A stretch of DNA of 64,000 nt. Origin: Auanema rhodensis. Taxonomy: Eukaryota > Animalia > Nematoda. Positions 12,401 to 27,400 of this stretch are shown here, piece after piece. The stretch's first letter is position 1; the number at the start of each line of letters is the position of its first letter. The stretch covers positions 19,282,001-19,346,000 of the forward strand of contig OZ059900.1 in the NCBI GenBank assembly GCA_964057225.1. The letters run 5' to 3'. The notes under the pieces are model-generated. The model did no database searches, had not been told where the DNA came from, and saw only the letters and a program-made list of their open reading frames with translations. A program made the position numbers and the translations under genes.

Positions 12401-15400
12401 GTAAACAAGGTTTTGACTTACGATTTCATGTGTTCAAACTCATGCAATGTCAATGAAACCTAGCTCAAAATTGTTCGTACAACGTCTAGTTCCACTTTCA
12501 CGACAAAAAAACAGGGGTTAGAAAATTAAGGAAATTAGCATATTCTGAGGGCACGCCCCTTATGGCTAATATTGATTAAATCGATTTTTGTTCATATGAG
12601 TCGTCAAATGCAACGAATTTCAGCGTGTTACATACTAAAATGAAGCATTTTACATGCTGAACACTAGAAAAATACAAAAACACAGTATTTCTCATGAGAA
12701 ATATTTTATTATGCTGGAAAACCAGTTTTTGGAAATTTCGCTGTAAACAAGGTTTTGACTTACGATTTCATGTGTTCAAACTCATGCAATGTCAATAAAA
12801 CCTAGCTCAAAATTGTTCGTACAACGTCTAGTTCCACTTTCACGACAAAAAAACAGGGGTTAGAAAATTAAGGAAATTAGCATATTCTGAGGGCACGCCC
12901 CTTATGGCTAATATTGATTAAATCGATTTTTGTTCATATGAGTCGTCAAATGCAACGAATTTCAGCGTGTTACATACTAAAATGAAGCATTTTACATGCT
13001 GAACACTATAAAAATACAAAAACACAGTATTTCCCATGAGAAATATTTTATTATGCTGGAAAACCAGTTTTTGGAAATTTCGCTGTAAACAAGGTTTTGA
13101 CTTACGATTTCATGTGTTCAAACTCATGCAATGTCAATGAAACCTAGCTCAAAATTGTTCCTACAACGTCTAGTTCCACTTTCACGACAAAAAACAGGGG
13201 TTAGAAAATTAAGGAAATTAGCATATTCTGAGGGCACGCCCCTTATGGCTAATATTGATTAAATCGATTTTTGTTCATATGAGTCGTCAAATGCAACGAA
13301 TTTCAGCGTGTTACATACTAAAATGAAGCATTTTACATGCTGAACACTAGAAAAATACAAAAACACAGTATTTCCCATGAGAAATATTTTATTATGCTGG
13401 AAAACCAGTTTTTGGAAATTTCGCTGTAAACAAGGTTTTGACTTACGATTTCATGTGTTCAAACTCATGCAATGTCAATGAAACCTAGCTCAAAATTGTT
13501 CCTACAACGTCTAGTTCCACTTTCACGACAACAAAACAGGGGTTAGAAAATTAAGGAAATTAGCATATTCTGAGGGCACGCCCCTTATGGCTAATATTGA
13601 TTAAATCGATTTTTGTTCATATGAGTCGTCAAATGCAACGAATTTCAGCGTGTTACATACTAAAATGAAGCATTTCACATGCTGAACACTAGAAAAATAC
13701 AAAAACACAGTATTTCCCATGAGAAATATTTTATTATGCTGGAAAACCAGTTTTTGGAAATTTCGCTGTAAACAAGGTTTTGACTTACGATTTCATGTGT
13801 TCAAACTCATGCAATGTCAATGAAACCTAGCTCAAAATTGTTCCTACAACGTCTAGTTCCACTCTCACGACAACAAAACAGGGGTTAGAAAATTAAGGAA
13901 ATTAGCATATTCTGAGGGCACGCCCCTTATGGCTAATATTGATTAAATCGATTTTTGTTCATATGAGTCGTCAAATGCAACGAATTTCAGCGTGTTACAT
14001 ACTAAAATGAAGCATTTCACATGCTGAACACTAGAAAAATACAAAAACACAGTATTTCCCATGAGAAATATTTTATTATGCTGGAAAACCAGTTTTTGGA
14101 AATTTCGCTGTAAACAAGGTTTTGACTTACGATTTCATGTGTTCAAACTCATGCAATGTCAATAAAACCTAGCTCAAAATTGTTCGTACAACGTCTAGTT
14201 CCACTTTCACGACAAAAAAACAGGGGTTAGAAAATTAAGGAAATTAGCATATTCTGAGGGCACGCCCTTATGGCTAATATTGATTAAATCGATTTTTGTT
14301 CATATGAGTCGTCAAATGCAACGAATTTCAGCGTGTTACATACTAAAATGAAGCATTTCACATGCTGAACACTAGAAAAATACAAAAACACAGTATTTCC
14401 CATGAGAAATATTTTATTATGCTGGAAAACCAGTTTTTGGAAATTTCGCTGTAAACAAGGTTTTGACTTACGATTTCATGTGTTCAAACTCATGCAATGT
14501 CAATGAAACCTAGCTCAAAATTGTTCGTACAACGTCTAGTTCCACTTTCACGACAAAAAAACAGGGGTTAGAAAATTAAGGAAATTAGCATATTCTGAGG
14601 GCACGCCCCTTATGGCTAATATTGATTAAATCGATTTTTGTTCATATGAGTCGTCAAATGCAATTAATTTCAGCGTGTTACATACTAAAATGAAGCATTT
14701 TACATGCTGAACACTAAAAAAATACAAAAACACAGTATTTCCCATGAGAAATATTTTATTATGCTGGAAAACGAGTTTTTGGAAATTTCGCTGTAAACAA
14801 GGTTTTGACTTACGATTTCATGTGTTCAAACTCATGCAATGTCAATGAAACCTAGCTCAAAATTGTTCCTACAACGTCTAGTTCCACTTTCACGACAAAA
14901 AAACAGGGGTTAGAAAATTAAGGAAATTAGCATATTCTGAGGGCACGCCCTTTATGGCTAATATTGATTAAATCGATTTTTGTTCATATGAGTCGTCAAA
15001 TGCAACGAATTTCAGCGTGTTACATACTAAAATGAAACATTTTACATGCTGAACACTATAAAAATACAAAAACACAGTATTTCCCATGAGAAATATTTTA
15101 TTATGCTGGAAAACCAGTTTTTGGAAATTTCGCTGTAAACAAGGTTTTGACTTACGATTTCATGTGTTCAAACTCATGCAATGTCAATGAAACCTAGCTC
15201 AAAATTGTTCGTACAACGTCTAGTTCCACTTTCACGACAAAAAAACAGGGGTTAGAAAATTAAGGAAATTAGCATATTCTGAGGGCACGCCCCTTATGGC
15301 TAATATTGATTAAATCGATTTTTGTTCATATGAGTCGTCAAATGCAACGAATTTCAGCGTGTTACATACTAAAATGAAGCATTTTACATGCTGAACACTA

Positions 15401-18400
15401 GAAAAATACAAAAACACAGTATTTCTCATGAGAAATATTTTATTATGCTGGAAAACCAGTTTTTGGAAATTTCGCTGTAAACAAGGTTTTGACTTACGAT
15501 TTCATGTGTTCAAACTCATGCAATGTCAATAAAACCTAGCTCAAAATTGTTCGTACAACGTCTAGTTCCACTTTCACGACAAAAAAACAGGGGTTAGAAA
15601 ATTAAGGAAATTAGCATATTCTGAGGGCACGCCCCTTATGGCTAATATTGATTAAATCGATTTTTGTTCATATGAGTCGTCAAATGCAACGAATTTCAGC
15701 GTGTTACATACTAAAATGAAGCATTTTACATGCTGAACACTATAAAAATACAAAAACACAGTATTTCCCATGAGAAATATTTTATTATGCTGGAAAACCA
15801 GTTTTTGGAAATTTCGCTGTAAACAAGGTTTTGACTTACGATTTCATGTGTTCAAACTCATGCAATGTCAATGAAACCTAGCTCAAAATTGTTCCTACAA
15901 CGTCTAGTTCCACTTTCACGACAAAAAACAGGGGTTAGAAAATTAAGGAAATTAGCATATTCTGAGGGCACGCCCCTTATGGCTAATATTGATTAAATCG
16001 ATTTTTGTTCATATGAGTCGTCAAATGCAATTAATTTCAGCGTGTTACATACTAAAATGAAGCATTTTACATGCTGAACACTAAAAAAATACAAAAACAC
16101 AGTATTTCCCATGAGAAATATTTTATTATGCTGGAAAACGAGTTTTTGGAAATTTCGCTGTAAACAAGGTTTTGACTTACGATTTCATGTGTTCAAACTC
16201 ATGCAATGTCAATGAAACCTAGCTCAAAATTGTTCCTACAACGTCTAGTTCCACTTTCACGACAACAAAACAGGGGTTAGAAAATTAAGGAAATTAGCAT
16301 ATTCTGAGGGCACGCCCCTTATGGCTAATATTGATTAAATCGATTTTTGTTCATATGAGTCGTCAAATGCAACGAATTTCAGCGTGTTACATACTAAAAT
16401 GAAGCATTTCACATGCTGAACACTAGAAAAATACAAAAACACAGTATTTCCCATGAGAAATATTTTATTATGCTGGAAAACCAGTTTTTGGAAATTTCGC
16501 TGTAAACAAGGGTTTGACTTACGATTTCATGTGTTCAAACTCATGCAATGTCAATGAAACCTAGCTCAAAATTGTTCCTACAACGTCTAGTTCCACTTTC
16601 ACGACAACAAAACAGGGGTTAGAAAATTAAGGAAATTAGCATATTCTGAGGGCACGCCCCTTATGGCTAATATTGATTAAATCGATTTTTGTTCATATGA
16701 GTCGTCAAATGCAACGAATTTCAGCGTGTTACATACTAAAATGAAGCATTTCACATGCTGAACACTAGAAAAATACAAAAACACAGTATTTCCCATGAGA
16801 AATATTTTATTATGCTGGAAAACCAGTTTTTGGAAATTTCGCTGTAAACAAGGTTTTGACTTACGATTTCATGTGTTCAAACTCATGCAATGTCAATAAA
16901 ACCTAGCTCAAAATTGTTCGTACAACGTCTAGTTCCACTTTCACGACAAAAAAACAGGGGTTAGAAAATTAAGGAAATTAGCATATTCTGAGGGCACGCC
17001 CCTTATGGCTAATATTGATTAAATCGATTTTTGTTCATATGAGTCGTCAAATGCAACGAATTTCAGCGTGTTACATACTAAAATGAAGCATTTCACATGC
17101 TGAACACTAGAAAAATACAAAAACACAGTATTTCCCATGAGAAATATTTTATTATGCTGGAAAACCAGTTTTTGGAAATTTCGCTGTAAACAAGGTTTTG
17201 ACTTACGATTTCATGTGTTCAAACTCATGCAATGTCAATGAAACCTAGCTCAAAATTGTTCGTACAACGTCTAGTTCCACTTTCACGACAAAAAAACAGG
17301 GGTTAGAAAATTAAGGAAATTAGCATATTCTGAGGGCACGCCCCTTATGGCTAATATTGATTAAATCGATTTTTGTTCATATGAGTCGTCAAATGCAATT
17401 AATTTCAGCGTGTTACATACTAAAATGAAGCATTTTACATGCTGAACACTAAAAAAATACAAAAACACAGTATTTCCCATGAGAAATATTTTATTATGCT
17501 GGAAAACGAGTTTTTGGAAATTTCGCTGTAAACAAGGTTTTGACTTACGATTTCATGTGTTCAAACTCATGCAATGTCAATGAAACCTAGCTCAAAATTG
17601 TTCCTACAACGTCTAGTTCCACTTTCACGACAAAAAAACAGGGGTTAGAAAATTAAGGAAATTAGCATATTCTGAGGGCACGCCCTTTATGGCTAATATT
17701 GATTAAATCGATTTTTGTTCATATGAGTCGTCAAATGCAACGAATTTCAGCGTGTTACATACTAAAATGAAACATTTTACATGCTGAACACTATAAAAAT
17801 ACAAAAACACAGTATTTCCCATGAGAAATATTTTATTATGCTGGAAAACCAGTTTTTGGAAATTTCGCTGTAAACAAGGTTTTGACTTACGATTTCATGT
17901 GTTCAAACTCATGCAATGTCAATGAAACCTAGCTCAAAATTGTTCGTACAACGTCTAGTTCCACTTTCACGACAAAAAAACAGGGGTTAGAAAATTAAGG
18001 AAATTAGCATATTCTGAGGGCACGCCCCTTATGGCTAATATTGATTAAATCGATTTTTGTTCATATGAGTCGTCAAATGCAACGAATTTCAGCGTGTTAC
18101 ATACTAAAATGAAGCATTTCACATGCTGAACACTAGAAAAATACAAAAACACAGTATTTCCCATGAGAAATATTTTATTATGCTGGAAAACCAGTTTTTT
18201 GAAATTTCGCTGTAAACAAGGTTTTGACTTACGATTTCATGTGTTCAAACTCATGCAATGTCAATGAAACCTAGCTCAAAATTGTTCCTACAACGTCTAG
18301 TTCCACTTTCACGACAACAAAACAGGGGTTAGAAAATTAAGGAAATTAGCATATTCTGAGGGCACGCCCTTATGGCTAATATTGATTAAATCGATTTTTG

Positions 18401-21400
18401 TTCATATGAGTCGTCAAATGCAACGAATTTCAGCGTGTTACATACTAAAATGAAGCATTTCACATGCTGAACACTAGAAAAATACAAAAACACAGTATTT
18501 CCCATGAGAAATATTTTATTATGCTGGAAAACCAGTTTTTGGAAATTTCGCTGTAAACAAGGTTTTGACTTACGATTTCATGTGTTCAAACTCATGCAAT
18601 GTCAATGAAACCTAGCTCAAAATTGTTCGTACAACGTCTAGTTCCACTTTCACGACAAAAAAACAGGGGTTAGAAAATTAAGGAAATTAGCATATTCTGA
18701 GGGCACGCCCCTTATGGCTAATATTGATTAAATCGATTTTTGTTCATATGAGTCGTCAAATGCAATTAATTTCAGCGTGTTACATACTAAAATGAAGCAT
18801 TTTACATGCTGAACACTAAAAAAATACAAAAACACAGTATTTCCCATGAGAAATATTTTATTATGCTGGAAAACGAGTTTTTGGAAATTTCGCTGTAAAC
18901 AAGGTTTTGACTTACGATTTCATGTGTTCAAACTCATGCAATGTCAATGAAACCTAGCTCAAAATTGTTCCTACAACGTCTAGTTCCACTTTCACGACAA
19001 AAAAACAGGGGTTAGAAAATTAAGGAAATTAGCATATTCTGAGGGCACGCCCTTTATGGCTAATATTGATTAAATCGATTTTTGTTCATATGAGTCGTCA
19101 AATGCAACGAATTTCAGCGTGTTACATACTAAAATGAAACATTTTACATGCTGAACACTATAAAAATACAAAAACACAGTATTTCCCATGAGAAATATTT
19201 TATTATGCTGGAAAACCAGTTTTTGGAAATTTCGCTGTAAACAAGGTTTTGACTTACGATTTCATGTGTTCAAACTCATGCAATGTCAATGAAACCTAGC
19301 TCAAAATTGTTCGTACAACGTCTAGTTCCACTTTCACGACAAAAAAACAGGGGTTAGAAAATTAAGGAAATTAGCATATTCTGAGGGCACGCCCCTTATG
19401 GCTAATATTGATTAAATCGATTTTTGTTCATATGAGTCGTCAAATGCAACGAATTTCAGCGTGTTACATACTAAAATGAAGCATTTTACATGCTGAACAC
19501 TAGAAAAATACAAAAACACAGTATTTCTCATGAGAAATATTTTATTATGCTGGAAAACCAGTTTTTGGAAATTTCGCTGTAAACAAGGTTTTGACTTACG
19601 ATTTCATGTGTTCAAACTCATGCAATGTCAATAAAACCTAGCTCAAAATTGTTCGTACAACGTCTAGTTCCACTTTCACGACAAAAAAACAGGGGTTAGA
19701 AAATTAAGGAAATTAGCATATTCTGAGGGCACGCCCCTTATGGCTAATATTGATTAAATCGATTTTTGTTCATATGAGTCGTCAAATGCAACGAATTTCA
19801 GCGTGTTACATACTAAAATGAAGCATTTTACATGCTGAACACTATAAAAATACAAAAACACAGTATTTCCCATGAGAAATATTTTATTATGCTGGAAAAC
19901 CAGTTTTTGGAAATTTCGCTGTAAACAAGGTTTTGACTTACGATTTCATGTGTTCAAACTCATGCAATGTCAATGAAACCTAGCTCAAAATTGTTCCTAC
20001 AACGTCTAGTTCCACTTTCACGACAAAAAACAGGGGTTAGAAAATTAAGGAAATTAGCATATTCTGAGGGCACGCCCCTTATGGCTAATATTGATTAAAT
20101 CGATTTTTGTTCATATGAGTCGTCAAATGCAATTAATTTCAGCGTGTTACATACTAAAATGAAGCATTTTACATGCTGAACACTAAAAAAATACAAAAAC
20201 ACAGTATTTCCCATGAGAAATATTTTATTATGCTGGAAAACGAGTTTTTGGAAATTTCGCTGTAAACAAGGTTTTGACTTACGATTTCATGTGTTCAAAC
20301 TCATGCAATGTCAATGAAACCTAGCTCAAAATTGTTCCTACAACGTCTAGTTCCACTTTCACGACAACAAAACAGGGGTTAGAAAATTAAGGAAATTAGC
20401 ATATTCTGAGGGCACGCCCCTTATGGCTAATATTGATTAAATCGATTTTTGTTCATATGAGTCGTCAAATGCAACGAATTTCAGCGTGTTACATACTAAA
20501 ATGAAGCATTTCACATGCTGAACACTAGAAAAATACAAAAACACAGTATTTCCCATGAGAAATATTTTATTATGCTGGAAAACCAGTTTTTGGAAATTTC
20601 GCTGTAAACAAGGGTTTGACTTACGATTTCATGTGTTCAAACTCATGCAATGTCAATGAAACCTAGCTCAAAATTGTTCCTACAACGTCTAGTTCCACTT
20701 TCACGACAACAAAACAGGGGTTAGAAAATTAAGGAAATTAGCATATTCTGAGGGCACGCCCCTTATGGCTAATATTGATTAAATCGATTTTTGTTCATAT
20801 GAGTCGTCAAATGCAACGAATTTCAGCGTGTTACATACTAAAATGAAGCATTTCACATGCTGAACACTAGAAAAATACAAAAACACAGTATTTCCCATGA
20901 GAAATATTTTATTATGCTGGAAAACCAGTTTTTGGAAATTTCGCTGTAAACAAGGTTTTGACTTACGATTTCATGTGTTCAAACTCATGCAATGTCAATA
21001 AAACCTAGCTCAAAATTGTTCGTACAACGTCTAGTTCCACTTTCACGACAAAAAAACAGGGGTTAGAAAATTAAGGAAATTAGCATATTCTGAGGGCACG
21101 CCCCTTATGGCTAATATTGATTAAATCGATTTTTGTTCATATGAGTCGTCAAATGCAACGAATTTCAGCGTGTTACATACTAAAATGAAGCATTTCACAT
21201 GCTGAACACTAGAAAAATACAAAAACACAGTATTTCCCATGAGAAATATTTTATTATGCTGGAAAACCAGTTTTTGGAAATTTCGCTGTAAACAAGGTTT
21301 TGACTTACGATTTCATGTGTTCAAACTCATGCAATGTCAATGAAACCTAGCTCAAAATTGTTCGTACAACGTCTAGTTCCACTTTCACGACAAAAAAACA

Positions 21401-24400
21401 GGGGTTAGAAAATTAAGGAAATTAGCATATTCTGAGGGCACGCCCCTTATGGCTAATATTGATTAAATCGATTTTTGTTCATATGAGTCGTCAAATGCAA
21501 TTAATTTCAGCGTGTTACATACTAAAATGAAGCATTTTACATGCTGAACACTAAAAAAATACAAAAACACAGTATTTCCCATGAGAAATATTTTATTATG
21601 CTGGAAAACGAGTTTTTGGAAATTTCGCTGTAAACAAGGTTTTGACTTACGATTTCATGTGTTCAAACTCATGCAATGTCAATGAAACCTAGCTCAAAAT
21701 TGTTCCTACAACGTCTAGTTCCACTTTCACGACAAAAAAACAGGGGTTAGAAAATTAAGGAAATTAGCATATTCTGAGGGCACGCCCTTTATGGCTAATA
21801 TTGATTAAATCGATTTTTGTTCATATGAGTCGTCAAATGCAACGAATTTCAGCGTGTTACATACTAAAATGAAACATTTTACATGCTGAACACTATAAAA
21901 ATACAAAAACACAGTATTTCCCATGAGAAATATTTTATTATGCTGGAAAACCAGTTTTTGGAAATTTCGCTGTAAACAAGGTTTTGACTTACGATTTCAT
22001 GTGTTCAAACTCATGCAATGTCAATGAAACCTAGCTCAAAATTGTTCGTACAACGTCTAGTTCCACTTTCACGACAAAAAAACAGGGGTTAGAAAATTAA
22101 GGAAATTAGCATATTCTGAGGGCACGCCCCTTATGGCTAATATTGATTAAATCGATTTTTGTTCATATGAGTCGTCAAATGCAACGAATTTCAGCGTGTT
22201 ACATACTAAAATGAAGCATTTCACATGCTGAACACTAGAAAAATACAAAAACACAGTATTTCCCATGAGAAATATTTTATTATGCTGGAAAACCAGTTTT
22301 TTGAAATTTCGCTGTAAACAAGGTTTTGACTTACGATTTCATGTGTTCAAACTCATGCAATGTCAATGAAACCTAGCTCAAAATTGTTCCTACAACGTCT
22401 AGTTCCACTTTCACGACAACAAAACAGGGGTTAGAAAATTAAGGAAATTAGCATATTCTGAGGGCACGCCCCTTATGGCTAATATTGATTAAATCGATTT
22501 TTGTTCATATGAGTCGTCAAATGCAACGAATTTCAGCGTGTTACATACTAAAATGAAGCATTTCACATGCTGAACACTAGAAAAATACAAAAACACAGTA
22601 TTTCCCATGAGAAATATTTTATTATGCTGGAAAACCAGTTTTTGGAAATTTCGCTGTAAACAAGGTTTTGACTTACGATTTCATGTGTTCAAACTCATGC
22701 AATGTCAATGAAACCTAGCTCAAAATTGTTCCTACAACGTCTAGTTCCACTTTCACGACAACAAAACAGGGGTTAGAAAATTAAGGAAATTAGCATATTC
22801 TGAGGGCACGCCCCTTATGGCTAATATTGATTAAATCGATTTTTGTTCATATGAGTCGTCAAATGCAACGAATTTCAGCGTGTTACATACTAAAATGAAG
22901 CATTTCACATGCTGAACACTAGAAAAATACAAAAACACAGTATTTCCCATGAGAAATATTTTATTATGCTGGAAAACCAGTTTTTGGAAATTTCGCTGTA
23001 AACAAGGTTTTGACTTACGATTTCATGTGTTCAAACTCATGCAATGTCAATGAAACCTAGCTCAAAATTGTTCCTACAACGTCTAGTTCCACTTTCACGA
23101 CAACAAAACAGGGGTTAAAAAATTAAGGAAATTAGCATATTCTGAGGGCACGCCCCTTATGGCTAATATTGATTAAATCGATTTTTGTTCATATGAGTCG
23201 TCAAATGCAACGAATTTCAGCGTGTTACATACTAAAATGAAGCATTTCACATGCTGAACACTAGAAAAATACAAAAACACAGTATTTCCCATGAGAAATA
23301 TTTTATTATGTTGGAAAACCAGTTTTTGGAAATTTCGCTGTAAACAAGGTTTTGACTTACGATTTCATGTGTTCAAACTCATGCAATGTCAATAAAACCT
23401 AGCTCAAAATTGTTCGTACAACGTCTAGTTCCACTTTCACGACAAAAAAACAGGGGTTAGAAAATTAAGGAAATTAGCATATTCTGAGGGCACGCCCCTT
23501 ATGGCTAATATTGATTAAATCGATTTTTGTTCATATGAGTCGTCAAATGCAACGAATTTCAGCGTGTTACATACTAAAATGAAGCATTTCACATGCTGAA
23601 CACTAGAAAAATACAAAAACACAGTATTTCCCATGAGAAATATTTTATTATGCTGGAAAACCAGTTTTTGGAAATTTCGCTGTAAACAAGGTTTTGACTT
23701 ACGATTTCATGTGTTCAAACTCATGCAATGTCAATGAAACCTAGCTCAAAATTGTTCGTACAACGTCTAGTTCCACTTTCACGACAAAAAAACAGGGGTT
23801 AGAAAATTAAGGAAATTAGCATATTCTGAGGGCACGCCCCTTATGGCTAATATTGATTAAATCGATTTTTGTTCATATGAGTCGTCAAATGCAATTAATT
23901 TCAGCGTGTTACATACTAAAATGAAGCATTTTACATGCTGAACACTAAAAAAATACAAAAACACAGTATTTCCCATGAGAAATATTTTATTATGCTGGAA
24001 AACGAGTTTTTGGAAATTTCGCTGTAAACAAGGTTTTGACTTACGATTTCATGTGTTCAAACTCATGCAATGTCAATGAAACCTAGCTCAAAATTGTTCC
24101 TACAACGTCTAGTTCCACTTTCACGACAAAAAAACAGGGGTTAGAAAATTAAGGAAATTAGCATATTCTGAGGGCACGCCCTTTATGGCTAATATTGATT
24201 AAATCGATTTTTGTTCATATGAGTCGTCAAATGCAACGAATTTCAGCGTGTTACATACTAAAATGAAACATTTTACATGCTGAACACTATAAAAATACAA
24301 AAACACAGTATTTCCCATGAGAAATATTTTATTATGCTGGAAAACCAGTTTTTGGAAATTTCGCTGTAAACAAGGTTTTGACTTACGATTTCATGTGTTC

Positions 24401-27400
24401 AAACTCATGCAATGTCAATGAAACCTAGCTCAAAATTGTTCGTACAACGTCTAGTTCCACTTTCACGACAAAAAAACAGGGGTTAGAAAATTAAGGAAAT
24501 TAGCATATTCTGAGGGCACGCCCCTTATGGCTAATATTGATTAAATCGATTTTTGTTCATATGAGTCGTCAAATGCAACGAATTTCAGCGTGTTACATAC
24601 TAAAATGAAGCATTTCACATGCTGAACACTAGAAAAATACAAAAACACAGTATTTCCCATGAGAAATATTTTATTATGCTGGAAAACCAGTTTTTGGAAA
24701 TTTCGCTGTAAACAAGGTTTTGACTTACGATTTCATGTGTTCAAACTCATGCAATGTCAATGAAACCTAGCTCAAAATTGTTCGTACAACGTCTAGTTCC
24801 ACTTTCACGACAAAAAAACAGGGGTTAGAAAATTAAGGAAATTAGCATATTCTGAGGGCACGCCCCTTATGGCTAATATTGATTAAATCGATTTTTGTTC
24901 ATATGAGTCGTCAAATGCAATTAATTTCAGCGTGTTACATACTAAAATGAAGCATTTTACATGCTGAACACTAAAAAACTACAAAAACACAGTATTTCCC
25001 ATGAGAAATATTTTATTATGCTGGAAAACGAGTTTTTGGAAATTTCGCTGTAAACAAGGTTTTGACTTACGATTTCATGTGTTCAAACTCATGCAATGTC
25101 AATGAAACCTAGCTCAAAATTGTTCCTACAACGTCTAGTTCCACTTTCACGACAAAAAAACAGGGGTTAGAAAATTAAGGAAATTAGCATATTCTGAGGG
25201 CACGCCCCTTATGGCTAATATTGATTAAATCGATTTTTGTTCATATGAGTCGTCAAATGCAACGAATTTCAGCGTGTTACATACTAAAATGAAGCATTTC
25301 ACATGCTGAACACTAGAAAAATACAAAAACACAGTATTTCCCATGAGAAATATTTTATTATGCTGGAAAACCAGTTTTTGGAAATTTCGCTGTAAACAAG
25401 GTTTTGACTTACGATTTCATGTGTTCAAACTCATGCAATGTCAATAAAACCTAGCTCAAAATTGTTCGTACAACGTCTAGTTCCACTTTCACGACAAAAA
25501 AACAGGGGTTAGAAAATTAAGGAAATTAGCATATTCTGAGGGCACGCCCCTTATGGCTAATATTGATTAAATCGATTTTTGTTCATATGAGTCGTCAAAT
25601 GCAACGAATTTCAGCGTGTTACATACTAAAATGAAGCATTTCACATGCTGAACACTAGAAAAATACAAAAACACAGTATTTCCCATGAGAAATATTTTAT
25701 TATGCTGGAAAACCAGTTTTTTGAAATTTCGCTGTAAACAAGGTTTTGACTTACGATTTCATGTGTTCAAACTCATGCAATGTCAATGAAACCTAGCTCA
25801 AAATTGTTCGTACAACGTCTAGTTCCACTTTCACGACAAAAAAACAGGGGTTAGAAAATTAAGGAAATTAGCATATTCTGAGGGCACGCCCCTTATGGCT
25901 AATATTGATTAAATCGATTTTTGTTCATATGAGTCGTCAAATGCAATTAATTTCAGCGTGTTACATACTAAAATGAAGCATTTTACATGCTGAACACTAA
26001 AAAAATACAAAAACACAGTATTTCCCATGAGAAATATTTTATTATGCTGGAAAACGAGTTTTTGGAAATTTCGCTGTAAACAAGGTTTTGACTTACGATT
26101 TCATGTGTTCAAACTCATGCAATGTCAATGAAACCTAGCTCAAAATTGTTCCTACAACGTCTAGTTCCACTTTCACGACAAAAAAACAGGGGTTAGAAAA
26201 TTAAGGAAATTAGCATATTCTGAGGGCACGCCCTTTATGGCTAATATTGATTAAATCGATTTTTGTTCATATGAGTCGTCAAATGCAACGAATTTCAGCG
26301 TGTTACATACTAAAATGAAACATTTTACATGCTGAACACTATAAAAATACAAAAACACAGTATTTCCCATGAGAAATATTTTATTATGCTGGAAAACCAG
26401 TTTTTGGAAATTTCGCTGTAAACAAGGTTTTGACTTACGATTTCATGTGTTCAAACTCATGCAATGTCAATGAAACCTAGCTCAAAATTGTTCGTACAAC
26501 GTCTAGTTCCACTTTCACGACAAAAAAACAGGGGTTAGAAAATTAAGGAAATTAGCATATTCTGAGGGCACGCCCCTTATGGCTAATATTGATTAAATCG
26601 ATTTTTGTTCATATGAGTCGTCAAATGCAACGAATTTCAGCGTGTTACATACTAAAATGAAGCATTTTACATGCTGAACACTAGAAAAATACAAAAACAC
26701 AGTATTTCTCATGAGAAATATTTTATTATGCTGGAAAACCAGTTTTTGGAAATTTCGCTGTAAACAAGGTTTTGACTTACGATTTCATGTGTTCAAACTC
26801 ATGCAATGTCAATAAAACCTAGCTCAAAATTGTTCGTACAACGTCTAGTTCCACTTTCACGACAAAAAAACAGGGGTTAGAAAATTAAGGAAATTAGCAT
26901 ATTCTGAGGGCACGCCCCTTATGGCTAATATTGATTAAATCGATTTTTGTTCATATGAGTCGTCAAATGCAACGAATTTCAGCGTGTTACATACTAAAAT
27001 GAAGCATTTTACATGCTGAACACTATAAAAATACAAAAACACAGTATTTCCCATGAGAAATATTTTATTATGCTGGAAAACCAGTTTTTGGAAATTTCGC
27101 TGTAAACAAGGTTTTGACTTACGATTTCATGTGTTCAAACTCATGCAATGTCAATGAAACCTAGCTCAAAATTGTTCCTACAACGTCTAGTTCCACTTTC
27201 ACGACAAAAAACAGGGGTTAGAAAATTAAGGAAATTAGCATATTCTGAGGGCACGCCCCTTATGGCTAATATTGATTATATCGATTTTTGTTCATATGAG
27301 TCGTCAAATGCAACGAATTTCAGCGTGTTACATACTAAAATGAAGCATTTTACATGCTGAACACTAGAAAAATACAAAAACACAGTATTTCTCATGAGAA

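Noticed and set aside
27148-27360. 70-aa ORF on the plus strand
   Set aside because: Exists in one monomer only, where the A6 deletion coincides with a TAA to TAT change at 27279.
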